Below, in pieces: positions 20,567 through 30,154 of a stretch of 64,000 nt of DNA (positions are counted from its first letter, which is position 1; the number at the start of each line of letters is the position of its first letter). The stretch spans positions 7,865-71,864 of the forward strand of contig JACCZE010000336.1 of the NCBI GenBank assembly GCA_013696105.1, in the 5' to 3' direction. The notes beneath the pieces are model-generated. The model had not been told where the DNA came from. It searched no databases and was given only the letters and a program-made list of their open reading frames with translations. This DNA comes from Planctomycetota bacterium (GTDB lineage Bacteria; Planctomycetota; UBA11346). The translations under genes were made by a program, and so were the position numbers.

Positions 20567-21811
20567 ATGCGACTGACCACCACCTTCGACATCTTCGCCT
20601 GGTACGACCAGGTGCGCGCCTCGGGCCGTCCGGTGGCGTGGTGCTCAGCGTTCGCGCCGGCCGAGGTCCTGGTGGCGATGGGCATCATCCCGGTCTATCC
20701 CGAGAACCACGCCGCGATGATGGGCGCGCTGTCCGAATCTCGCGACCCCGACCATCCGTACGCCCGCGCCGCCATCACCGCCGCAGAGGGTTCGGGCTAT
20801 CGCAGCCCGCGCCTGTGCAGCTACGCGCTCGCCGATCTCGGCGCACTCACCGGCGGGCGCGCTTCCCCGATCGGGGGGCTACCACCGCCGGACCTGTTCT
20901 ACGCCTGCGATAGCCAATGCGCGGTCGTCGCGCGCTGGGGCGACGAGGTGCAGCGGCACTTCCACGGGCTCGGGGCCCAGGCGCGGGACATCCCGCACTA
21001 TGTGCTCAAGGCGCCCCCGCTCACCCGCTCCGAGCACCACACCCCGGCCGAACTCGCGGGATTCGAGGCGCAGATCCTCGCGCATGTCGATGACATCGGC
21101 CGGCGCTTGGGCCTGACGCTGGATCACGCCGAGCTCGCGCGGGTGGTCGCACGCTCGGCCGAGGCCAACCGCCTGTGGCAGCGCTGCCTCGAGCTCGCGC
21201 GCCAGCGGCCGGCGCCGTGGACCAACCTCGACGCCTTCACCGCGATGGCACCGATCGTCATCGCGCGCGGGACGCAGACCGCGATCGACTACTACCGCGA
21301 TCTGCTGGCCGAGCTCGAGGCGCGCAGCACCGCCGGATACGCGGCGGTACCCGCGGAGACGGTGCGCCTGGTGTGGGACGCCATCCCGATCTGGCCGCGC
21401 AAGAATTGGCTCGCCAAGTTCTGCGCCGAGCGCGGCGCCGCCTTCGTCGCCAGTACCTACACGCATTCGTGGTGGTTCGAGTTCGATGCGACGCGGCCGC
21501 TGGCGACCCTGGTCGAACGTTACGCCTGGAACACCATGAACCGCTCCGGCGCGTGGGTGCTGGACTGGACGCTCGGCCTGGTGCGGGATTACGCCGCCGA
21601 CGGCATCGTCGCGCACTGGAACCGTTCATGCGGGATCTGGAACAGCTACGTGAAGCGCCGCGTGCCCGGTTACCAGGCCGCCGGCGTGCCGCACATCGTC
21701 ATCGAAGCCGACATGGTCGACGCCCGCGCGTTCGACGAAGCCGCCGTCTCGCGCCAACTCGACGACTTCATCACCACTCTGCGCGCCCGGTCTGCGGTCC
21801 GTTCTCCGTAG
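20567..21811 (+). CDS. 2-hydroxyacyl-CoA dehydratase D-component family protein (HgdB/YjiM-like), with no cognate activase nearby
   Basis: GIIPVYPENHAAMMGA, a Cys-containing CSYA region, YVLKAPP and VPHIVIEADMVD resemble PF06050-type proteins. The assignment rests on motif recall only. The start was set at the Met at 20567. Confidence 0.5.
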   Translation: MRLTTTFDIFAWYDQVRASGRPVAWCSAFAPAEVLVAMGIIPVYPENHAAMMGALSESRDPDHPYARAAITAAEGSGYRSPRLCSYALADLGALTGGRASPIGGLPPPDLFYACDSQCAVVARWGDEVQRHFHGLGAQARDIPHYVLKAPPLTRSEHHTPAELAGFEAQILAHVDDIGRRLGLTLDHAELARVVARSAEANRLWQRCLELARQRPAPWTNLDAFTAMAPIVIARGTQTAIDYYRDLLAELEARSTAGYAAVPAETVRLVWDAIPIWPRKNWLAKFCAERGAAFVASTYTHSWWFEFDATRPLATLVERYAWNTMNRSGAWVLDWTLGLVRDYAADGIVAHWNRSCGIWNSYVKRRVPGYQAAGVPHIVIEADMVDARAFDEAAVSRQLDDFITTLRARSAVRSP

Positions 21812-23564
21812 TCGACGTCGGACCTCGGACCTCGGAGCTCGGACTGTCCGCCGCGCACCGCCACAGCCGGTTCTCTCCACCGCTTGGGATCCGCTCCTCG
21901 ATCACGAATCCCGCGGCGACCAGCATGCGCTCCATCTCCTCGGCGGTGATGAAGCACAGCGTGCCGGTATCGGGATTGAACCCGAAACGGGTGGTGAACC
22001 GCTCGCAGGCGGCCACGCTGCCGGCGTCGCCAGCGTCCACGGCGATGCCTTCGCGCAGGAAGAGCCGGCCGCCCGGTCGCAATGCCGCGCGCAGCTGCGC
22101 GAGCACCGCCGCCTGCTCCTGGGCAGGCCAGTAATGCAAGACGTCGAGCAGCATCACGGTATCGAATCGCGGCGGCAGCTGCTGTGGAAAGGGCAGGCGA
22201 CCCTTGAGCAGTTCCCAGCGATCGTTCAGGGGATGGCCCAAACGTGCGAGCACGCGGCGTGCGATCTCGAGCTTGTCCTCGTCGAGATCGACCCCGCAGT
22301 AGCCGCTGACATCCGGGCGCACGGCAGAGAGGGCCGCGACCAGGCCCGGTCCGCAGCCGGCATCGAGCACGCGGCCCCAGGTACCGGTGTCGGCTGCGAG
22401 CTGCCCATAGACCGGATCGCCACGCAGCTTGCCCCGCATGTAGAAACGCCAGTAGGGCGACAATGTCGCCAGCGCGGCGCACATGCGACGGGAACCCGCC
22501 AGCTCGGAACTCGGCAGCCAATCGCGACGCACCCAGGCGGTGACGGTCAGCCAACCGACCAGCGAAGCGACGAGGACCGCGGTCGTGCCGGCGAGGTTCG
22601 GAGACAGCGCCATCGCTGCGATCGTGCAAGCGGGAGCGCACCAGCGCAGCGGCAGCCGTCCGTGGTCGCGCCCCCACCACGTCACCAACGCCAGGGTCTG
22701 GCTTCCCGCGACCGCGACCAGGAAGTCGGTCGTGGGCATGCCGCTCGCAGCGTGACGCACCGGGGTCCCGGAGGCGATCTCCGCGATCTTCCACGACCAG
22801 TCGACGGTGCTCGCGGTCAGGGCGACCACGACCACGGCCAATCCCCATTGCCCGGTGGCTCCGCCCCAGATCACCACCATCGCGAGGATCTGCAGGATGT
22901 CATCGCTGCGGAACACGCCTTCCTGCATGACCGCGCCGATGATCAGCAGCGCCACGGCGACGCGCGACCACAGCACTGACTTCGCGTGCGGCAGAACTTC
23001 GAGCGGAAGCGCTCGCGGTTGGTTCGCGTGCGGACCAGGAGCCAGGGCCCAACGGTTCGTCGCCGCCGGTATCCAGAGACAGCCAAGGCCCACGGCGATC
23101 AGGATCCCCACGGATGCGGGCCATTGGGGCAGCGAGCCGGCCGCCAGGACCTGCGCGGACACCACCGCGAACGAGGTTCCGCGCGACACCGTGGACGCGA
23201 ACGAGTCAGCGCGCGTCGCCCCGAGACCGGCGAGCAGGGGGATCAGGGCGACGAATGAGCCGACCGCGATCGAGGTGGCGTTCGGAGAAGACGTCCCCGT
23301 GTCGCCTCTCACGAGGAGGGTGCCCACGCATACGCCCACCAATGAACTCGCGACCACGGCCAGCCAGGTCGCCGGCGAACGCGCGCAGATCGCCGCTGCG
23401 CTCAGGACGACTCCGAGCGCGATGAGGTCGACCGGGGTCAGGGTTCCCATGATCGGATGCCCCAGTGCCGCCGCGACCGCGATCAGCGCGACCGCCGGGA
23501 TGCCGGCCGCCCACGGATGCCGGCGGCACCAGGATTGCAGCGGGAACCACGCGCGCGCGAGCAT
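21771..23564 (-). CDS. Fusion protein: N-terminal polytopic membrane domain (about 400 aa) plus C-terminal class I SAM-dependent methyltransferase
   Basis: The C-terminus has VLDAGCGPGLVA (motif I) and RPGGRLFL (post-II). The N-terminus has at least 10 hydrophobic helices. The start is uncertain; 23564 was chosen and 23687 or 23450 are possible. Confidence 0.6.
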   Translation of the reverse strand: MLARAWFPLQSWCRRHPWAAGIPAVALIAVAAALGHPIMGTLTPVDLIALGVVLSAAAICARSPATWLAVVASSLVGVCVGTLLVRGDTGTSSPNATSIAVGSFVALIPLLAGLGATRADSFASTVSRGTSFAVVSAQVLAAGSLPQWPASVGILIAVGLGCLWIPAATNRWALAPGPHANQPRALPLEVLPHAKSVLWSRVAVALLIIGAVMQEGVFRSDDILQILAMVVIWGGATGQWGLAVVVVALTASTVDWSWKIAEIASGTPVRHAASGMPTTDFLVAVAGSQTLALVTWWGRDHGRLPLRWCAPACTIAAMALSPNLAGTTAVLVASLVGWLTVTAWVRRDWLPSSELAGSRRMCAALATLSPYWRFYMRGKLRGDPVYGQLAADTGTWGRVLDAGCGPGLVAALSAVRPDVSGYCGVDLDEDKLEIARRVLARLGHPLNDRWELLKGRLPFPQQLPPRFDTVMLLDVLHYWPAQEQAAVLAQLRAALRPGGRLFLREGIAVDAGDAGSVAACERFTTRFGFNPDTGTLCFITAEEMERMLVAAGFVIEERIPSGGENRLWRCAADSPSSEVRGPTSTTENGPQTGRAEW

Positions 23565-23656
23565 GGCAGACGTTGCGCGTCCTCCGATGGGGACGCAACC
23601 GGCAAGCGCCGCTCTCGAGCCTGTTACCGGTTGAACCGCACCTGCCCGCTCCTGCA

Positions 23657-24289
23657 ATGCGCCTCGTGCCCGCGCCCCAGATCGCACCTCCCGGCCATCT
23701 CGATCTGCACGTCGTGCTGGTGGCGCTGACTCCGTCCCTGCTCTGCCTCGCGACGGCGCTCGCGCTGGTGGCCATCGGTCGCCGCCGGGCCGCTGGGTTC
23801 GTCGGCTGGACGGGGCTCGGTGCGGCGTGGCTGCTCCTCGCCGTGTTCCTCAAGCCGGGAGGGATCGCCTCATCGCTCGACGCACCGCTCGCCCAGGGAT
23901 GGGTGGTCATCGGTGCCTGGCAGATCCTGGCCGCTCTGGCCGCCGGCGCCTGGGCTGCCTTTTGTTGGCGGCCGATGCCGGACGGGGTCCCGCCAGCCGC
24001 CTGGGCGTTACGTGTCGCCGTGGCCATGGCCCTGCCGATCTGCGTATTCCCTCCCCTGCTGTTGGCGTGCGAGCCCGACCTGCGCGGGCGTCCCTGGCAG
24101 ACGGACCGCTGGCTCCAGGTCCGACTCGTCGCTGTGATCGGGGCGAGCGTGGCCTGCTGGTGGATCATCGCGCCGCTCGCCATGGCGATCGCAGCGGCGG
24201 TGGTGGCGGCGACGGTGTCCGGTCCCTGGCGGTTGCCGATCGCGCTCGCCTGCCTGGCGGCGATCGCCTCGCTGCGCGCAGCGCTCTGA
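23657..24289 (+). CDS. Hypothetical small membrane protein (about 210 aa, 5-6 TM)
   Basis: Hydrophobic periodicity, W-rich loops and a start right after the convergent neighbour. No identifiable family. Confidence 0.4.
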   Translation: MRLVPAPQIAPPGHLDLHVVLVALTPSLLCLATALALVAIGRRRAAGFVGWTGLGAAWLLLAVFLKPGGIASSLDAPLAQGWVVIGAWQILAALAAGAWAAFCWRPMPDGVPPAAWALRVAVAMALPICVFPPLLLACEPDLRGRPWQTDRWLQVRLVAVIGASVACWWIIAPLAMAIAAAVVAATVSGPWRLPIALACLAAIASLRAAL

Positions 24290-24357
24290 GCGGACGACCA
24301 CTGGCGCACCGATGCCGTGCTTGCATCGCATGGCATCACGGCCGACCATGCCTCGAG

Positions 24358-25320
24358 ATGATCATCGCCTGGATTCCGACCGACAAGGGCTTGACGAAGT
24401 TCGAAGGCCCGATCGTCGACTCCATTCCCGCGCAGGCGGTGTGGCTGGACATGATCGACATCACGCGCGAGGAGGAGCTGCTGGTCGAGAAGCTGATGGG
24501 CATCGACATCCCGACGCGGGCCGAGATGCAGGAGATCGAGGTCTCGAGCCGGCTGTACCGCGAGGGCCCGGTCTCGTACATGACCGCGACCCACCTGATC
24601 AAGACCGAGACCGACAATCCCGAGACCTCTGCGGTCACCTTCATCCTGTGCAAGGACCGCCTCGTCACCCTGCGCTACGCCGAACCGTGGTCCTTCCGCA
24701 CCTTTGGCCAGCGCGCCGCACGCTCGGGCGTATCCAATGCCGAGCAGGTTTTCGTCAGCCTGATGGAGATCACCGTCGAGCGCCTCGCCGATCTGCTCGA
24801 GCTGGTCTCGATCGAGCTCGAGCACTTGTCGCAGCAGATCTTCCGACGGCGCGTCGGCGACGTCGAGCTCGATCTGCAGCGCGCGATCATCAAGATCGGC
24901 ACGTGCGGCAACATCGGCGGCAAGGTGCGCGAGAGCCTGCTCGACAAGAACCGCGTCGTCACCTTCGCGGAGCAGGCGACCCAGGATTGGATGAGCGCGG
25001 ATGGCAAATCACGGCTGCGCGCCGCCCAGCACGACATCCACTCGCTGTCGGACCACGCGACCTTCACCGCATCCAAGATCAACTTCCTGCTCGATGCCAC
25101 CATCGGCCTGATCACCATGGATCAGAACCGCGTGATCAAGATCTTCTCGATCGGCGCGGTGATCTTCCTGCCGCCGACCCTGATCGCCAGCATCTACGGT
25201 ATGAATTTCAAGCACATGCCCGAGCTGCACTGGATGCTCGGATATCCGATGTCCATCGCCATGATGCTGATGTCCGTCGCGACCACGCTCTACTGGTTCA
25301 AGCGCAAGCGCTGGCTCTGA
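24358..25320 (+). CDS. corA: Magnesium/cobalt transporter CorA
   Basis: The C-terminal two TM segments carry the signature YGMNF (IASIYGMNFKHMPEL). Length and N-terminal cytoplasmic domain are typical. Confidence 0.9.
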   Translation: MIIAWIPTDKGLTKFEGPIVDSIPAQAVWLDMIDITREEELLVEKLMGIDIPTRAEMQEIEVSSRLYREGPVSYMTATHLIKTETDNPETSAVTFILCKDRLVTLRYAEPWSFRTFGQRAARSGVSNAEQVFVSLMEITVERLADLLELVSIELEHLSQQIFRRRVGDVELDLQRAIIKIGTCGNIGGKVRESLLDKNRVVTFAEQATQDWMSADGKSRLRAAQHDIHSLSDHATFTASKINFLLDATIGLITMDQNRVIKIFSIGAVIFLPPTLIASIYGMNFKHMPELHWMLGYPMSIAMMLMSVATTLYWFKRKRWL

Positions 25321-25330
25321 CCGGACGCGT

Positions 25331-26653
25331 ATGACCGATCTGACTGGTCGTTCCGTGCTGGTGTGGGGATTCGGCCGCCATGGCGGCGGATTGGCCGCCG
25401 CGCGGCACTGCGCCGCCCACGGAGCTCGGGTGTCGATCCTCGAGCAGCGCCCGCGCGAGGATTTCGGCGCAGCGGGCGCCGAGGCTGCGGCGCAGGGCTG
25501 GGAGTGGCACATCGGCGACGCGGGCCACGCGGCCTTCGGGCGTTGCGACCTGGTGGTCGCCTCTCCGGCGATCCCGCCGCGCGCATGGCCGTTGAAGCAT
25601 CCGCCGCGCTCCTGTCCGGAAGCCCTGTTCTTCGCCGCCCACCAGGGACCGCGCATAGCCGTCACCGGCACCAAAGGCAAGAGCACCACCGCGACCATCA
25701 TCGCGACGCTCCTGGGGTGGCCGGTCGGCGGCAACAGCCACGAGCCGCTGCTCGATACCCTGGCGCGCGACGGCGTGCAGTCGCCGTTGGTGTGCGAATT
25801 GTCGAGCTTCCAGCTGTGGTACCTCGCCGAGATGCGGCCGCGCTTCCAGGTCGCGGTATTCACCAGCTTCGCGCGCGACCACCTCGACTGGCATCCCGAT
25901 ATCGAGCACTACCGCGCCGCGAAGCTGGCGGTGCTGTCGTGGGCAGACTCGTGCGCGATCGCGCCCGAGATGGAGCAGATCGCGCTGAGATGCGCGCCGC
26001 GGCTGGGGAAGATCGTACTCGTCGGCGGCGAATTCCGCGCGCTCGACGGCTCGGTCATCGCCAGACGCACCGACCTGCCGCTGCCCGGCGACCACAATGC
26101 CCGCAACGCCTGCCTGGCGATCAGCGCCGCGCTCAAGATCGGCGTGCCTGCCGCCGAGATCGCGGAACGTCTGCGCGCGGTGCGTGGTCTGCCGCACCGC
26201 CTGGAGACCGTGCACCAGGCAGGCGACTGGCGCTACGTCAACGATTCCATCGCCACCACGCCGGAATCCGCGATCGCGGGCATGAACGCGCTCACCGGTC
26301 CCCTGTGCGTGATCCTCGGCGGTTCGGACAAGGGCGCTGAGTTCATCGAACTCGCGGCCGCTGCGGCGCGGCGCGGTGCCCTGGCGGTCGTCATCGGTCA
26401 GACCGCGCCCCGGATCTCGTCCGCGCTCTCCCTCTACGGCCTGCGGCCCAAGCCGGCGGCGACGATCGAGGAGGCCGTATCCCTGGCGCGCGCCCAATTG
26501 CCTGCGGGTGGAACCATCCTGCTCAGCCCCGCCTGTGCCTCGTTCGACATGTTCCGTGGGTTCGAGGACCGGGGCGAGCGCTTCACCCGTGCCGCTCGCG
26601 CCATTACCGATGATGCTGGCGGAACGCCCTTCGCGGGGAATCATCCGCCATGA
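25331..26653 (+). CDS. murD: UDP-N-acetylmuramoylalanine--D-glutamate ligase (Mur ligase family, MurD-like)
   Basis: VLVWGFGRHG, the P-loop GTKGKSTT, ELSSFQL, NDSIATTP and the C-terminal SPACASFDMF..FE.RG. Confidence 0.85.
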   Translation: MTDLTGRSVLVWGFGRHGGGLAAARHCAAHGARVSILEQRPREDFGAAGAEAAAQGWEWHIGDAGHAAFGRCDLVVASPAIPPRAWPLKHPPRSCPEALFFAAHQGPRIAVTGTKGKSTTATIIATLLGWPVGGNSHEPLLDTLARDGVQSPLVCELSSFQLWYLAEMRPRFQVAVFTSFARDHLDWHPDIEHYRAAKLAVLSWADSCAIAPEMEQIALRCAPRLGKIVLVGGEFRALDGSVIARRTDLPLPGDHNARNACLAISAALKIGVPAAEIAERLRAVRGLPHRLETVHQAGDWRYVNDSIATTPESAIAGMNALTGPLCVILGGSDKGAEFIELAAAAARRGALAVVIGQTAPRISSALSLYGLRPKPAATIEEAVSLARAQLPAGGTILLSPACASFDMFRGFEDRGERFTRAARAITDDAGGTPFAGNHPP

Positions 26654-28284
26654 TCACCGATGTCCGACCAGGGCCCGGCTCGTCGCGCTACCTGCTCGGT
26701 TTCGACCTGCGCCGTCGCCCGCACCTGGAAGCCGACGTGCTGGTGGTGGGTGGCGGAGTCGCGGGCCTGTGCGCCGCGCTCGCTGCGGCGGACCATGGCA
26801 AGGAGGTGCTGGTCCTGGCCAAGGCGACGATGCGCGACAGCAACACCGCGTGGGCGCAAGGTGGCGTGGCGGTGGTGCTCAACCAGGCGGAGCGCGAACC
26901 CGAGGACGACATCGAGGTGCACGTGCGCGACACGCTCGTCGCGGGCGCCGGGCTGTGCGACGTCGACGTGGTGCGCGACATCCTCGGCGATGCAGCCGAA
27001 TCGATCGATCTGCTGCGTCGCCACGGTTGCCTGTTCGACCGGAGTGAAAAGGGGGCCTTGGAGCTGACGCGAGAAGGGGGACACAGCGCCCGGCGCATCC
27101 TCCATGCCAACGGCGACTCGACCGGCGCCGAGATCGTGCGCAGTCTCGCGGCCGCGGCCTCGGCGCATCCGCGCATCACCGTCATCGAGAACGCCTTCGC
27201 CATCGATCTGCTCACCGACGGCGGCCGCGCAGCGGGCGTGATCTATTACCGCCGCGAGGAGCTCGTCGCCGCCCTCGCCGGCACCACCATCCTCGCCACC
27301 GGCGGTTGCGGCCGGGTGTGGCGCGAATCCACCAATCCGCCGGTCGCCACCGGCGACGGACTGGCGATGGCGTATCGCGCGGGCGCGACCCTGGCCGATC
27401 TCGAGTTCATGCAGTTCCATCCCACCACGCTCTACATCGCTGGTGGCGCGCGCCTGCTGATCACCGAGGCGATGCGCGGCGAGGGTGCGGTCTTGAAGAA
27501 CCACGTCGGCGAGCGCTTCATGCCGCGCTACCATGCCGACGCCGAACTCGCTCCCCGCGACGTGGTGACGCGGGCGATCATCAGCGAGATTCGCCGTACC
27601 GGATTCCCGCACGTCTGGCTCGATGCCACGCACCTGGGAGCGGAGTTCCTGCGCGGACGCTTCCCCACCATCTTCCAGGCCTGCGCCAAGCTCGGCATCG
27701 ACATCGCCACCGCGTGGATGCCGGTGCATCCGAGCGCGCACTACCATTGCGGCGGCATCGTCACCGACACGCGCGGCGCGACCTCCATCCCGCGCCTGTG
27801 GGCGGCGGGCGAAGTCGCCTGCACCGGGCTGCACGGAGCGAACCGCCTGGCGTCCAACAGCATCCTCGAGGGACTGGTGATGGGCATCCGCGCCGGCAAC
27901 GATGCCGGCAACGCCGGTGGGCCTCCCGGGCGGGTGCGCATCAGCGCGCCCACGCCCGAGCCCGCTCCGGACGGTTTGGACGTACCGGATCTGGTGCGCA
28001 GCCTGCGCGCGATGATGTGGCGCCAGGTCGGCATCGAGCGCAATGCGGCGGAACTCGCCGTGGCGCGTCGCAGCCTGGCCTTCTGGCTCAGCCACCAGGC
28101 GCGCGGCGGATTCCGTGATCGCAGCGGGTGGGAGCTCCAGAACCAGCTGCTGGTCGGCAGCCTGGTCGCCTCAGCGGCCGAGCGGCGCACCGCCAGCGTC
28201 GGCACCCATACGCGGGCGGATTCGCTCGGAGCGATCGACACGACGCATCTGGGCTATATCCGCACCGATCAGGAACCGCCCTAG
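26650..28284 (+). CDS. nadB: L-aspartate oxidase
   Basis: FAD-binding N-terminus VLVVGGGVAGLCAALAAA, the AQGGVAVVL motif, HYHCGGI and RLASNSILEG. The start overlaps the murD stop as ATGA. Confidence 0.9.
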   Translation: MITDVRPGPGSSRYLLGFDLRRRPHLEADVLVVGGGVAGLCAALAAADHGKEVLVLAKATMRDSNTAWAQGGVAVVLNQAEREPEDDIEVHVRDTLVAGAGLCDVDVVRDILGDAAESIDLLRRHGCLFDRSEKGALELTREGGHSARRILHANGDSTGAEIVRSLAAAASAHPRITVIENAFAIDLLTDGGRAAGVIYYRREELVAALAGTTILATGGCGRVWRESTNPPVATGDGLAMAYRAGATLADLEFMQFHPTTLYIAGGARLLITEAMRGEGAVLKNHVGERFMPRYHADAELAPRDVVTRAIISEIRRTGFPHVWLDATHLGAEFLRGRFPTIFQACAKLGIDIATAWMPVHPSAHYHCGGIVTDTRGATSIPRLWAAGEVACTGLHGANRLASNSILEGLVMGIRAGNDAGNAGGPPGRVRISAPTPEPAPDGLDVPDLVRSLRAMMWRQVGIERNAAELAVARRSLAFWLSHQARGGFRDRSGWELQNQLLVGSLVASAAERRTASVGTHTRADSLGAIDTTHLGYIRTDQEPP

Positions 28285-28363
28285 GTCCCTCGTTGCGACA
28301 TGTGCTTGCGATCGGCCCATGGCCGATCGATCATCCTGCCAGTCTACACGTCCGGAGTCCGCC

Positions 28364-28726
28364 ATGACCGATCCCCAGATCCCCAATCCCGCTGGAGCCA
28401 CGCCCGCGACGCCGATCGAGCCGGTATGGACGGCCGTCGGCAACGCGTCCGAGTGGCCGGCGAACGGCGGACGGCTCGCGCGGGTCGGCGCTCGCCGCAT
28501 CGGGGTCTACCACCATGCGGACGCCTGGTACGCCTTGAAGGATGTCTGCCCGCACGCAGGCGTCAGCCTGGTCCAGGGACCGGTCCACGATGGCCAGGTC
28601 ATGTGCATCGGTCACGGCTGGACGTTCAGCCTCACCTCGGGCGAGGTCGTGCGCGGCCCGCAGGGCGTCAAGGTCGGCACCTATCCGGTGCGGGTGCGCG
28701 AGGGTGTGGTCGAAGTCGCGGTGTGA
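28364..28726 (+). CDS. Rieske [2Fe-2S] domain protein (NirD-like small subunit)
   Basis: CPHAG..L..G......V.C..HGW.F.L.SGE; note that the second pair is C-x-H, as in NirD, rather than C-x-x-H. Confidence 0.7.
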   Translation: MTDPQIPNPAGATPATPIEPVWTAVGNASEWPANGGRLARVGARRIGVYHHADAWYALKDVCPHAGVSLVQGPVHDGQVMCIGHGWTFSLTSGEVVRGPQGVKVGTYPVRVREGVVEVAV

Positions 28727-28784
28727 GCGTGCGGAGCGAGGGCGGTCGGCGGTTCGACTCTTGGTCCCCATCACCAGATCAACC

Positions 28785-28824
28785 TCCACCGATCTCCACC
28801 GATCTCCACCGATCTCCACCGATT
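28785..28824. repeat. Tandem decamer repeat (tccaccgatc x4) 60 bp upstream of tRNA-Thr
   Basis: Seen directly in the sequence. Confidence 0.85.
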
Positions 28825-28886
28825 CGGCCTCGCTCCACCGACCCGGCTTGTCTTGCCCAGGGTCCCTCGTACCGTTCACCGCCCAC

Positions 28887-28961
28887 GCCCGAGTAGCTCA
28901 GTGGTAGAGCAGCGCTTTCGTAAAGCGAAGGTCGGAGGTTCGAATCCTCTCTTGGGCACCA
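28887..28961 (+). tRNA. tRNA-Thr (anticodon CGU)
   Basis: A 75-nt cloverleaf: acceptor gcccgag/cttgggc, D-arm gctc-agtggta-gagc, anticodon loop ttCGTaa, T-arm ggagg-ttcgaat-cctct and a 3' CCA. It is close to E. coli thrW. Confidence 0.9.
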
Positions 28962-29009
28962 TTCCCGATCTCCGTCCCGCACGCTGGCCGCGCTCCCGCT
29001 GAGCGGGGA

Positions 29010-30026
29010 TCAGGCGTAGACCGCGATCACCGGGCGTTGTCCGGATACGCTGATCTCGCGGGTCGAGACGCGCGTGAATCCCGGAAACACCAGCGAATCG
29101 ATATCGATGGTCAGCACCGCCAGTCGCCCGCCCGGGGCGACGCAGCGCGCGATGGCCGGTCCGACGCGGCGATGGAAGTCGGGCAGTGCGCCATCGACGC
29201 CGACCTGCCGGTCCCAGGGCAGGTTGCACACCACCCGTTCCATCGACGCCGCTGCCAATGGCAGGATGCGCGCATCCCACCGCGCGCTCGAGACGGAGGC
29301 GCCAGCCGATCGCGCATGGGTGCGGGCCGCGCTGATGGCATCGCCGTCGAGATCCCCCGCGGTCGCGCGCGCGCCAGCCAGGGCGGCTTCGATCGCGATC
29401 GTGCCGACGCCGCAGCACGGATCGAGGACGCGCATGCCCGGGCGCACCTCGGCCAGCTCCAGCATGGAAGCGGCGATGCTCGGCCTGAGCGAGCCGGGCC
29501 GGTGCGTCCCGAGGTAGGTCCGTTCATGCAGCGGATCCGCTGCCACACGCACGCCGACATAGGCGATCTCGTGCTCGATGAACACGCGCACGTTGAGGTC
29601 GGCTTCGTCGTCGGTCTCGACATGGTTCCAGCCGCTGCGTTCGGCGATGCCCGACGAGACGGCTGCCCGGATCTCCTCGCCCGAATAGTTGCGTTTGCCG
29701 ACGAAGCTGGCGGTGACGGTGAAGCTCGGTGAGGGGGGCAGCGCGCGCACCGCGCGCAGCGCGGTCACGGTCGCGCGCAGATCCAGCCGTCCCGCCAGCT
29801 GCCGCACGGTCGCCAGCACCGCACGCGGACGTGCGATTCCTGCCCAGGTCGCGCAATCGATGAACAAGTCATCGACCGTGCGCAACGACAGCAGCGCACT
29901 GAGATCGCCGGCGACCGTGGCCGTGACACGGCGGTAGCCGACGCTGCCGACGACGGCCAAGCGGCCGAGTTCAGCGGCAGCGACATCTTCCAGCCCGCGC
30001 GTGGTGAGGACGAAGACCGCGGTCAT
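29010..30026 (-). CDS. THUMP-domain class I SAM-dependent RNA methyltransferase (RlmL/Trm-like)
   Basis: An N-terminal THUMP-like region, then VLDPCCGVGTIAIEAALAG (motif I), a DLD acidic residue and NLPWDRQ (DPPY-like motif IV). The start was set at the internal Met at 30026. Confidence 0.7.
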   Translation of the reverse strand: MTAVFVLTTRGLEDVAAAELGRLAVVGSVGYRRVTATVAGDLSALLSLRTVDDLFIDCATWAGIARPRAVLATVRQLAGRLDLRATVTALRAVRALPPSPSFTVTASFVGKRNYSGEEIRAAVSSGIAERSGWNHVETDDEADLNVRVFIEHEIAYVGVRVAADPLHERTYLGTHRPGSLRPSIAASMLELAEVRPGMRVLDPCCGVGTIAIEAALAGARATAGDLDGDAISAARTHARSAGASVSSARWDARILPLAAASMERVVCNLPWDRQVGVDGALPDFHRRVGPAIARCVAPGGRLAVLTIDIDSLVFPGFTRVSTREISVSGQRPVIAVYA

Positions 30027-30154
30027 GGGGAGGATCGAGACGGACCGGTTCCGGCTGGTTCCGATTCCAGCATCATCGGAACGCCAAGACATCGGCGCGC
30101 TGCATCGAGTCCCAGGAGACGGAGGACGTAGGACGGAGGACCCAGCACGTTGTC

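Noticed and set aside
21670-23258. ORFs of 392 aa (minus), 281 aa (plus), 275 aa (plus) and others overlapping the membrane::MTase gene
   Set aside because: They are alternative frames with R/G/A-rich products. The chosen frame has TM helices and SAM-binding motifs.
25298-26644. 448-aa minus-strand ORF
   Set aside because: It is antisense to murD and low complexity.
28779-28982. 67-aa minus ORF covering tRNA-Thr
   Set aside because: It overlaps the tRNA gene and tandem repeat and is an artefact.
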